A stretch of DNA of 64,000 nt, from positions 96,001 to 160,000 of the forward strand of contig CAXXFV010000029.1 in NCBI GenBank assembly GCA_963674595.2, written 5' to 3'. The notes beneath the pieces were generated by a model, which was given only the letters and a program-made list of their open reading frames with translations, searched no databases and was not told where the DNA came from. This document shows, piece after piece, positions 9,963-18,525 of this stretch. Within the stretch, counting starts at the first letter, position 1. Each line of letters begins with the position of its first letter. The DNA comes from a bacterium (GTDB lineage: Bacteria > Zhuqueibacterota > Zhuqueibacteria > Residuimicrobiales > Krinioviventaceae). The translations under genes were made by a program, and so were the position numbers.

Positions 9963-10952
9963 ATGGCAAAAATATCCTGGGGCGTCCTAAGTACGGCGAA
10001 TATTGGAACTGAAAAGGTAATCCCTGCCATGCAAAAGGGGAAATACTCGAAAATTAGTGCCATCGCCTCGCGCCGTCAAGCCAAAGCAGAACAAGCTGCT
10101 CAGGCACTCGGCATTCCAAAAGCCTATGGTTCCTATGAGGCATTGCTGGATGACCCTGAAATTGATGCTGTTTATATACCCCTCCCGAATCATCTGCATG
10201 TTGAATGGGCTGTAAAATCTTTAAAAGCCGGAAAACACGTTTTATGTGAAAAGCCGATCGCCTTAAATTTTGAACAGGCTGAATATTTAAGCAGAAAAAT
10301 TAAGGAATTTCCTGAATTAAAAATAATGGAAGCATTTATGTATCGCTTTCATCCCAGATGGCAGACTGTGAAAAAGTTAATTGCCGATGGAACAATCGGC
10401 ACGGTAAAGCATATTTATTCAATCTTTTCATTTTATGAGGATGATCCGGCCCATATTTGTAATCAGCCTGAACTTGGAGGCGGCGGTTTATTGGACGTCG
10501 GTTGTTATTGTATATCCCTGGCCCGTTTTATATTTAACAAAGAACCTGTTCGTGTTATGGGGGCTATGGAGAACGATCCCAAAATGAAAATAGATCGTCT
10601 TGTATCGGCAATATTGGATTTTGAAGATGGAACCTCCACATTTACCTGTTCAACTCAACTGGCAGATCGTGAATATGCGGACATATTGGGAACTGACGGC
10701 AGAATAGAAATTGAAAATCCGTTTGCGCCTTCACCCGATAGTACAAGCAAAATAATTCATCAGGCAGGACCGGAAACAAGGGAAATAGTTTTTGACGCCT
10801 GTAATCAATATACATTGCAGGGCGATTTGTTTTCTCAGGCAATATTGTCAGATTCAGATGTACCAACTCCTATAGATGATGGCGTTGCAAACATGAAAGT
10901 TTTGGACAACATAAAAAAAAGCTGCCAAAAAGGCAAGTGGATTGAAATGTAA
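9963..10952 (+). CDS. Gfo/Idh/MocA family oxidoreductase
   Basis: WGVLSTANI, YIPLPNHLH, KHVLCEKP, EAFMYRFHP, GGGGLLDVGCY. Confidence 0.92.
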   Translation: MAKISWGVLSTANIGTEKVIPAMQKGKYSKISAIASRRQAKAEQAAQALGIPKAYGSYEALLDDPEIDAVYIPLPNHLHVEWAVKSLKAGKHVLCEKPIALNFEQAEYLSRKIKEFPELKIMEAFMYRFHPRWQTVKKLIADGTIGTVKHIYSIFSFYEDDPAHICNQPELGGGGLLDVGCYCISLARFIFNKEPVRVMGAMENDPKMKIDRLVSAILDFEDGTSTFTCSTQLADREYADILGTDGRIEIENPFAPSPDSTSKIIHQAGPETREIVFDACNQYTLQGDLFSQAILSDSDVPTPIDDGVANMKVLDNIKKSCQKGKWIEM

Positions 10953-11020
10953 AATCGTTAATATATTTTATTTCAAAGATATTTTCAGATTCCTGCTATA
11001 TATATAACAAAAAACAAAAA

Positions 11021-11090
11021 TGTCATGCCGGAGGCATCTTTCTGACGTTGATTAGGATATTTATTCCGGAAAGATTCTTACAGAATGACA
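11021..11090 (+). repeat. 71 bp MITE-like element copy
   Basis: TGTCATGCCGGAGGCATC...AGATTCTTACAGAATGACA. Other copies at 8803, 20110(-), 27702(-), 27955(-). Confidence 0.8.
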
Positions 11091-11145
11091 CTCTAATTTG
11101 CAGTGACCGTTTTCACAGGAATGAGGTGTCTCGAAAAATTAGGGC

Positions 11146-11237
11146 TTGATTTTTTTTAAATTATCCGTTACAATAAAGTATAATTGTTGTTTGGCAACTT
11201 TATGCAGGTCGAAGAGGTCCATAAAGTGGTTTTTTTG
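11146..11237 (+). promoter_or_regulatory. Sigma70-like promoter followed by a hairpin + U-tract
   Basis: TTGATT 11146-11151, 17 bp, TACAAT 11169-11174. ACTTTATG..CATAAAGT hairpin (~11197-11227), then GGTTTTTTTG. Confidence 0.45.
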
Positions 11238-11249
11238 TAGCAAACCAAA

Positions 11250-11437
11250 TGCCGGAAATTTACGGCACTTTTTAACAGGGGTAACGGACTTGTGGCTAAC
11301 TACTTATTTATCAGTAAAATAGTTGTGATAAAAAGGGACTGAAAAGTGAAAAAATCGTCTCTGAAAATTCTTTTTTATGGGGGTAACGGTATTCGCCTTT
11401 GTAACATACTGAATATTCATGGTTTGCAAAGCAGGCA
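11250..11437 (+). promoter_or_regulatory. CRISPR leader
   Basis: AT-rich non-coding DNA directly before the first intact repeat. GGGGTAACGG occurs at 11278 and 11380, each followed by a TAAC...IHF-like tract. Confidence 0.65.
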
Positions 11438-11702
11438 GTAGAAATAGACCTAATCACCACGGAGGGATTGAGACATTTAACCACATTGCCATCATTTTTG
11501 AAAGCAAAAACTTCATGTAGAAATAGACCTAATCACCACGGAGGGATTGAGACAGTATCCACTTTGTTTGTTGTATAAGGACGTGGCACTTGCCGTAGAA
11601 ATAGACCTAATCACCACGGAGGGATTGAGACGTAAATACGAGCATCTGATAACAGATTAAGCCTTAATCTATGTGGAAATAGACCTAATCACCACGGAGG
11701 GG
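11438..11702 (+). CRISPR. Orphan CRISPR array: 3 identical 37 bp repeats + 1 truncated repeat, 3 spacers (42, 41, 41 bp)
   Basis: GTAGAAATAGACCTAATCACCACGGAGGGATTGAGAC at 11438-11474, 11517-11553, 11595-11631; degenerate copy from 11673. ATTGAGAC 3' end, leader on the left and decay on the right give + orientation. No cas gene recognised in the window. Confidence 0.93.
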
Positions 11703-11902
11703 CCGTTTGCGGCAGGTTCGAAAATATTGTTCTTTATAAAGTGTTTTGCAATGTTACAGAAGCCATAACCTATGGTAAGCGTCCTTGCGTCGCTATGCTC
11801 CGCTGAGATTGAGAACTAATAAAAACGAATCAAAGAAAGACCTGATCACCACGGAGGGGCCGTTTGCGGCAGGTTCGGGAGTATTGTTCTTCTGCTCTAC
11901 TT

Positions 11903-12064
11903 GGGAATCTTTCCCAAGGCGCAAATTAACCGGGGTATTTACCCCGATAAACCCAAGGTTTATTGATGTAAATAATAATATGGGCCCGTTATTTGAGAAC
12001 TGATCAGGGCAAAATGCCCTGGTTTATTTAACGCCCCGGAAAAGGAATTCCGGGGCGAGCAAAG
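11903..12064 (+). repeat. ~150-160 bp dispersed element with several short hairpins
   Basis: CGGGGTATTTACCCCG, AGGGCAAAATGCCCT, GCCCCGGAAAAGGAATTCCGGGGC. Inverse homologue of 22276-22445. Confidence 0.8.
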
Positions 12065-12145
12065 AGTTATAAAATATATACTATGTCATCAAACTCGTTT
12101 AATCCTATGTTATACAAGTAATTAATTATAATATCAGGAGTGAGG

Positions 12146-13087
12146 ATGTTAATGATTGATAAGTTGATAGCTGTTGATTTGAGAGAAATTTGGAGGAATG
12201 AAGCTCGAAATTTTACTACTTGGTTATTCAATAATTTAGATATTTTAAATGAGCAGATAGGACTTGATTTGAGTTCTTTGGAAACTGAAAAATCCGCAGG
12301 TGTTTTTTCAGTTGATATATTAGCAGAAGATAGGAGTGGCAGATTAGTAATAATTGAAAATCAGCTTGAAAAAACTGATCATGACCATCTTGGTAAAGTA
12401 TTAACATATTTAGCAAATTTAAGTGCCAAGATTGGGATATGGATTTCTCCTGATCCACGTCCTGAGCACGCGAAGACAATTGATTATTTAAATGAAATCG
12501 CACCTGACGACACTCATTTTTTCTTAATAAAAATACAAGCATTCAAAATAGGGGAATCTAAGCCTGCTCCTTTTTTTTCTATAATTGCAGGACCAAATCC
12601 TGAAGTTACTGCTGGAGGGAAAATAAAAAAAGAATTAGCGGAAAGTGGTCAAAAGAGGTATATGTTTTTTGAACAATTACTGACCTTATCAAATAAAAAA
12701 ACAAATCTATTTAATAATATATCTCCTAATGCATATCAGGGGTGGGTTGGAGCAGGAGCAGGTAAATTTGGCCTTGCGTGGAATTATGTTATCATGTTAT
12801 CAAAAAGTAGGATTGAATTTTTTATTTGTTCTCCAGATGCTGAACTAAACAAAAAAAGGTTTGAATATTTCTTTTCTCATAAAAATGAAATTGAAAATGA
12901 TTTTGGTGGTAAAATAGATTGGGATTTTAAGGAAGGTCGAAAACAACATTACATAAAATCATGGTCAAATACTGGTGGTCTCCAAGATGAAGAAAAATGG
13001 TTAAAAATACAAGAAGATCTTATAGATAAAATGGTTAGACTAGAAAGGGTTTTACATAAATACATATTAAAAATTAATAATATATAA
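12146..13087 (+). CDS. DUF4268-domain protein with N-terminal NucS/EndoMS-like PD-(D/E)XK-type domain
   Basis: LREIWRNEARNFTTWL, SVDILAED...VIIENQLEKTDHDHLGKVLTY, KNEIENDFGGKIDW. AGGAG before ATG 12146. Confidence 0.78.
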   Translation: MLMIDKLIAVDLREIWRNEARNFTTWLFNNLDILNEQIGLDLSSLETEKSAGVFSVDILAEDRSGRLVIIENQLEKTDHDHLGKVLTYLANLSAKIGIWISPDPRPEHAKTIDYLNEIAPDDTHFFLIKIQAFKIGESKPAPFFSIIAGPNPEVTAGGKIKKELAESGQKRYMFFEQLLTLSNKKTNLFNNISPNAYQGWVGAGAGKFGLAWNYVIMLSKSRIEFFICSPDAELNKKRFEYFFSHKNEIENDFGGKIDWDFKEGRKQHYIKSWSNTGGLQDEEKWLKIQEDLIDKMVRLERVLHKYILKINNI

Positions 13088-13110
13088 ATTTTTATATGAT
13101 AATAAAAAAC

Positions 13111-13380
13111 TGATCATCCCGGGGCTTTACCCTGGGACGTAATAAACCGAGGGTTTGGCCCTCCAACTTGGTGAACGATTATAGTCTGTGCCCATTTTCA
13201 GCCTTAAGCTGTTGTTCTACCGCACCATTGTGTGATTAATTCAAAAATCAATTCAGCTTTAACGCAGAGGCCGCAAAGGTGCGCAGAGGAAACCGGGAAC
13301 AAAATAAACTTAAAGCGGACACTGAGCGGAGTAAAAGCGAGGTACTTTTGGGATGGGGGATAAAATCCCGGTTTTATTGA
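13111..13380 (+). repeat. Composite 3'-flanking repeat
   Basis: 13111-13200 matches 14236-14322 and 28055-28154(-). 13186-13380 is collinear with 15317-15450. Confidence 0.8.
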
Positions 13381-13580
13381 GCGGAAAAATATTTTATATG
13401 TAAAGTTAAAAAAATAATGTAAATTCTATATGGATTCCTTATTCGTCAAGTGACAAGGTAAACAGAATTTAATTGTTTATCCAAATTCTCTTACTTTCAT
13501 TGTCGGCCCGGTTAAATGCTAAATGATGCATAAAATAAACCCTAATATTTTTTCACAATTAAAAAGTAGCGAGGTGAAAA

Positions 13581-14174
13581 ATGGCCAATTCTCAACATCC
13601 AAAAACGAGTGCAAAGGTACAACCCCTGCTTACTGAGGAAGAACGAACTGCATGTGAAAACATAAGCTTATCTGAAGACTTTGGAAAACATGCAAAGGCT
13701 TTGCTTGCTTTAGACCAGGGACTTACACAAGCTCAGGCTGCTGAAAAAAGCGGTCTCTCTGCCGGGCAGGTGCGTTACTGGATTGCAAAATTTAAAAAAG
13801 AGAGATTGAATATTTTTCCAGAGCCAACCCTGTCACAACTCTCTGTAAAAAGTGAGCCTCTCGTTCAAGAAAAATCCGAGACGGAAAATAAAACAGATGA
13901 GGCTAAAGAACAAAAAGTCCCTAAAAAAAGTTCAAAGCCGAAAAAGAAAGATTCTAAAAAACAGGAAAAAACAAAGGCAAAATCTCAAAAAGATAAAAAG
14001 AAATCCAAAAAAAATAAAGAAAAGGATTCTCCCAAGAAAAACAAGAAAGATTCTTCTAAAAAAAGTAAAAAAAAGGATTCACCCAAAAAAGAAAAAAAAG
14101 GGGATAAAAAGAATAAATCATCAAAGAAAAAGGACAAAAAAGTAAAAAAGAGCAAAAAGACCAGGAAAAAATAA
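13581..14174 (+). CDS. HTH-domain protein with histone H1-like Lys/Ser-rich tail
   Basis: AKALLALDQGLTQAQAAEKSGLSAGQVRYWIAKF (HTH). ~85-aa tail with repeated KKDSPKK/KKDSSKK. RBS GAGGTG. Confidence 0.75.
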   Translation: MANSQHPKTSAKVQPLLTEEERTACENISLSEDFGKHAKALLALDQGLTQAQAAEKSGLSAGQVRYWIAKFKKERLNIFPEPTLSQLSVKSEPLVQEKSETENKTDEAKEQKVPKKSSKPKKKDSKKQEKTKAKSQKDKKKSKKNKEKDSPKKNKKDSSKKSKKKDSPKKEKKGDKKNKSSKKKDKKVKKSKKTRKK

Positions 14175-14444
14175 GTATGTTTAGTTGGTCACCCTGTCCG
14201 GCAAGCCTGCAGCAAAAGTTGATTCTGGTGGTACTTTCGTCCTTAAGCCCTACACTGTGACGTAATAAACTGAGGGCCAGGCCCTCCAACTTTTTGAATA
14301 ATTGCAGGCTGTGCCCATTTTTAGGTCCCGGCAACAGACTAAAATTTGGTACAGAAAAGTTGGGTTTAATGGAATGAACAACTTACAACTGAATGCAGTC
14401 ACTGTAAATATAACTAAAATAAAACCATGTTAGAGTTTTAGAAT

Positions 14445-15296
14445 ATGAAAAAAAATCAAATATTTTGGATATTAGGAATTGTTATTTTATGCAGTATAAA
14501 ATTATTTTCTCAAGGTAATAATGAAAGAGATATAATTTTATTTGAAAAATCTTTTGAAAACAATGATATTGAAATGTTGGATCATTTTTTTGAAACTTGG
14601 GAAAATCAATCAACCCCAATATCAAAAAATGAACTCTCAAAACTATCTAAAATTAAAAAATATACTTATTCTCTTTTTCAAACATTTTATTATCCTTTCG
14701 GAATTCATGAAAGAGATATTCCAAAAGAATTTCGCAAAAAAAACTCTGATCCTGATTCTTTGGAAAAGTTATTTTTACCATATAAAAAACCAGAGTATAT
14801 TATTTTACAGAATAATATTTATATGGGAATAGTAAATGATTTTAAAAAAATAATAGATACAAATGAGTTTAATGTAGATCAATTTATTGTTTCTAAGGAT
14901 AGCATTTTAAATTTTCGCCCGACTGTTGATGTAAAAAATAAAAAAGGATTATTTATAAAAGAAAAATATTATGATATTTTTTATGATTTTGTGATGGATA
15001 GTTTAGAATATTTGGCTCGCGGAGATGAAAAAGATCATGAAATGTATTTAGATCTATGTAAAGTTGCTGATAGAAAAATGGATTTTTTAAAATCAAAAAT
15101 TGGTATACAATATGGCCATTGGGGAGGAATTCATGTCGAAACATTGCCATTTGTACATCTAATCTTGTTTAATAAAGGAATGTGGTTGGCAAAAGTTTAT
15201 TTTAGAGAAACCTGGTGGACTGGTGGAGAGGCTTATTATATTCGAATAGGAAATATATGGATCAAATTATACAGAGGGCAAACCTGGATTCAATAA
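14445..15296 (+). CDS. Hypothetical secreted protein
   Basis: 283-aa ORF in very AT-rich DNA with a signal-peptide-like N-terminus. Confidence 0.7.
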   Translation: MKKNQIFWILGIVILCSIKLFSQGNNERDIILFEKSFENNDIEMLDHFFETWENQSTPISKNELSKLSKIKKYTYSLFQTFYYPFGIHERDIPKEFRKKNSDPDSLEKLFLPYKKPEYIILQNNIYMGIVNDFKKIIDTNEFNVDQFIVSKDSILNFRPTVDVKNKKGLFIKEKYYDIFYDFVMDSLEYLARGDEKDHEMYLDLCKVADRKMDFLKSKIGIQYGHWGGIHVETLPFVHLILFNKGMWLAKVYFRETWWTGGEAYYIRIGNIWIKLYRGQTWIQ

Positions 15297-15316
15297 ATTA
15301 GACAAAAGTTACTCGC

Positions 15317-15450
15317 AGGCTGCGCCCATTTTCAGCCGCAGGGTTTGGTTCTACTGCACCATTGTGTTAAAATTAAATTCAAAAAAGTGTCACCTTGAGC
15401 GGAGTAGAAGGGTGATACTTTTGGGATGGGGATGAAATTTCGGTTTTATT
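15317..15450 (+). repeat. Composite 3'-flanking repeat copy
   Basis: GCCCATTTTCAGCC..TTCTAC.GCACCATTGTGT..TGAGCGGAGTA..TACTTTTGGGATGGGG..CGGTTTTATTG shared with 13186-13380. Confidence 0.75.
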
Positions 15451-15675
15451 GGTTCTGCGGGCTATGCCTTCCTATATGCACAAAACTGGCATGTCATACA
15501 CTGACATAAAATAGCATTTTTCCCTTCTTTGTGATCTCCGTGCCCTTTGTGAGAAAAAAGTTACACCGTTCCTCAAATTTCACCCCCCCTTTCCCAAAAT
15601 CCAACAATAAATTGGGTTGCATTCCAGCTTAAAATCTTTTATTTTATTTAAATTTTTTAAGAGGAGGATGCAACG

Positions 15676-17253
15676 ATGGAACTGTTCGCCGGAATTGACA
15701 GCTCGACCCAGGGCACAAAACTGATCATACTTGACGTTAAAGAAGAGAAAGTTGTCTATCTGGATGCTGTTAATTACGATAAAGATTTACCCCACTATAA
15801 AACCCGTGACGGTGTTGTCACCGGACTCGAAGAAGGCGTTTCCGAGTCTGACCCCATGATGTGGATCGAGGCCCTTGAGGTTTTGTTCACACGTTTGCAA
15901 AAATCCGATATACCCCGGCAGTACATCAAGGCAATATCTGTTTCCGGGCAGCAGCACGGCCTGGTAACGCTGGATGAAAACGGCGAATTGACCCGCTGCC
16001 GAAGCAAGCTGTGGAACGATTTCAGTACCGGTAAAGAGTGTCAATTAATGACCGACGCCCTCGGCGGTATGAATGAGATGGTCCTGGCTGTGGGCAACAG
16101 TCAGCGCACCGGTTATACGGCCGCCAAAATATATTCCATGGCGCGTAACCAACCGGAGGGTTTTGCCAAAACCACCACCTGTTTTTTGGTGCATAATTTT
16201 ATAAACTGGTATCTCACCGGCGGCAAAAACGGCGGTGTGCGGGTGATGGAACCCGGCGATACCTCGGGCATGGCCCTGTGGAACCCGGAAACCGGCACGT
16301 GGTCTGAAAAGCTGATGGATTTTATTTCACCGGATTTAAAAAACAAAATCCCGCCGTTGAAACCAAGTGACGAAATGATCGGCAAAATCGGTAAAAACCT
16401 CGCGGAGAAATACGGATTTTCCCCGGACTGCTGGATCGATGCGGGCAGCGGCGACAATATGTACGGCGCGGTGGGTACCGGTAACGTGGAGCCGGGCATT
16501 GTTACCATCAGCCTGGGCACCAGCGGAACGGCCTATACGTTTTTAAACGAACCCTATGTTGACCCCAATGGTGAAATTGCCGCTTTTTGTGACAGCACCG
16601 GCCATTATTTGCCGCTGCTGTGTGTGTCCAATCTGGCCAACGGATACAATGCGGTGTTGAATAATTACAACATGTCCCATGAAGAATTTGTGCAGGTGGT
16701 TGACCAGACGCCGGTGGGCAATGAGGGCCGGATGCTGATTCCCTGGTACATGGGCGAACGCACCCCGGACGTCCCCATGGCGAGTCCGGTTTATTTTGGA
16801 TTTGGTCTGGATGATTTTACCAAAGAAAAACTGTGCCGTGCGGTTCTCGAAGGCCATATTTTGAATTTGTACGACGGCTTTCAAAAAATGCCGGTAAAAC
16901 CCAAAGAAATCCGGTTGACCGGCGGACTGGCACAGTCCAATGCATGGCGGCAGACCATTGCCGATGTGTTTAATGCCGAAGCAGTCCCTGTGGAAGGCGA
17001 AGGCGCGGCCCTGGGCGCAGCGCTGCACGCGGCCTGGGTCTATTCCAAACAGATTGGACAGCCAAAGCCGCTGACTGAAATGAGTGCGCCTTTTGTGATT
17101 TTGAACAACAAAAAACGAAACAAACCCGTGCCGGAACATGTAAATATTTATAACAAACAAAAGGACATGTTTCATGCCCTGAGCGCGCGTGTGAGAGGAC
17201 TGCAAACCCATCAGGATCCCTTTGCGGCACGCATGGAGATGCTGGCAGATTAG
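15676..17253 (+). CDS. xylB: Xylulokinase / FGGY carbohydrate kinase
   Basis: GIDSSTQGTK, SGQQHG, KLWND, GSGDNM, SLGTSGT, GERTP, LTGG. RBS GAGGAGG. Confidence 0.8.
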   Translation: MELFAGIDSSTQGTKLIILDVKEEKVVYLDAVNYDKDLPHYKTRDGVVTGLEEGVSESDPMMWIEALEVLFTRLQKSDIPRQYIKAISVSGQQHGLVTLDENGELTRCRSKLWNDFSTGKECQLMTDALGGMNEMVLAVGNSQRTGYTAAKIYSMARNQPEGFAKTTTCFLVHNFINWYLTGGKNGGVRVMEPGDTSGMALWNPETGTWSEKLMDFISPDLKNKIPPLKPSDEMIGKIGKNLAEKYGFSPDCWIDAGSGDNMYGAVGTGNVEPGIVTISLGTSGTAYTFLNEPYVDPNGEIAAFCDSTGHYLPLLCVSNLANGYNAVLNNYNMSHEEFVQVVDQTPVGNEGRMLIPWYMGERTPDVPMASPVYFGFGLDDFTKEKLCRAVLEGHILNLYDGFQKMPVKPKEIRLTGGLAQSNAWRQTIADVFNAEAVPVEGEGAALGAALHAAWVYSKQIGQPKPLTEMSAPFVILNNKKRNKPVPEHVNIYNKQKDMFHALSARVRGLQTHQDPFAARMEMLAD

Positions 17254-17269
17254 CAGGTATTTTATTCTT

Positions 17270-17520
17270 CACACAAAGAACACAAAGTGAAAATGAATAT
17301 TTTCTTCTTTGTGACAATTATGTTAAACGAGATACAGATTAAAAAGTAGACTTTTTTAACCACAAAGGACACAGAGATTACACAAAGAACACAAAGAAGG
17401 AACAATATCTATTTAATTTCAAAGACCGAGTCCTGCCATTGCTGTGAATGCAGGAATCCGGATATTTTTTCAGTTTTCTTTGTGAACCTTGTGTTAAACG
17501 AGATACAGATTAAAAAGTAA
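17270..17520. repeat. CACAAAG-type REP iterations and a 28 bp direct repeat
   Basis: ACACAAAGAACACAAAG repeated; TGTTAAACGAGATACAGATTAAAAAGTA at ~17321 and ~17492. Confidence 0.7.
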
Positions 17521-17549
17521 GATTATTTTATTTAAGAGGAGATATTATT

Positions 17550-18320
17550 ATGGCTGATGTCATTGATTACAAAATAATCGGCGACGATATGCAGTTGGTG
17601 GAAATTGAACTGGACCCCGGTGAAGGCGTTCGCGCAGAAGCCGGCGCCATGACATATATGGAGCAGGGTATTGAAATGCAAACCGGTGCAGACGGCGGCC
17701 TTTTTAAAGGATTCAAACGTATGCTGACCGGTGAGAGTTTTTTCATCACCACGTTTATGTATAACGGACGCGGTAAGGGTCATGTTGCATTTGGCGCACC
17801 CTATCCCGGAAAAATCATTCCCCTGGAAATAGGCCAACTCGGCGGACAGTTTTTGTGTCAAAAAGACGCGTTCCTGTGCGCTGCCAAAGGTGTGGACATA
17901 GAAATTGCGTTTACCAAACGCATCGGCGCAGGTTTGTTCGGCGGTGAAGGTTTTATCTTACAGCGTTTGGAAGGCGACGGCCTGGCCTTTGTTCATGCCG
18001 GCGGTACTATTGTAAAAAAAGAGCTGGCTTCCGGCGAACGTTTACGTGTGGATACCGGCTGTTTGGTGGCGTTTTCACCCACAGTCGATTATGACATTCA
18101 ATTCATCGGCGGATTTAAAAACGCCCTGTTTGGCGGTGAAGGTGTTTTTCTCGCCAATTTGACCGGCCCCGGAACGGTTTATCTGCAAAGTCTGCCGTTC
18201 TCCAGACTCGCGGACCGCATTTTTGCCGCATCAAGATCCAATCGCGGTGAAAGCAAAGGTGTTGCCGGTATTGGCGGTGATCTGCTGGGCGGATTACTCG
18301 GCGGTGACAAAAATTTTTAG
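17550..18320 (+). CDS. TIGR00266 / AIM24 family protein
   Basis: [47 protein letters not shown]. Confidence 0.92.
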   Translation: MADVIDYKIIGDDMQLVEIELDPGEGVRAEAGAMTYMEQGIEMQTGADGGLFKGFKRMLTGESFFITTFMYNGRGKGHVAFGAPYPGKIIPLEIGQLGGQFLCQKDAFLCAAKGVDIEIAFTKRIGAGLFGGEGFILQRLEGDGLAFVHAGGTIVKKELASGERLRVDTGCLVAFSPTVDYDIQFIGGFKNALFGGEGVFLANLTGPGTVYLQSLPFSRLADRIFAASRSNRGESKGVAGIGGDLLGGLLGGDKNF

Positions 18321-18329
18321 TATATGCAC

Positions 18330-18361
18330 AGCCCCTGTTTTTAACAGGGGTTTTGTTTTTT
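18330..18361 (+). terminator. Intrinsic terminator
   Basis: AGCCCCTGTT-tt-TAACAGGGGTT hairpin followed by T-tract. Confidence 0.75.
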
Positions 18362-18525
18362 GTATTTTTAACCACAAAGGTCAGAGCATACACTATGGAC
18401 ACAAAGAAGAAATAAAAGGGCACAGCCCTTGAATTAATTCGTCCACCAGTAGGATCCCATAGACGATCGATTTATTTCGGAAGGCACTAACTTACATTTG
18501 TCCTTTCTTAAGGAGGTTATTTATC

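Noticed and set aside
11785-12003. 72-aa ORF after the array as a cas or toxin gene
   Set aside because: It runs through a truncated CRISPR repeat and a dispersed repeat, has a TTG start, and shows no RBS or motif.
13581-13830. IS630/IS3 transposase remnant
   Set aside because: Only an HTH is present, with no DDE domain or terminal inverted repeats. The ORF has a good RBS and continues in frame into the Lys-rich tail.
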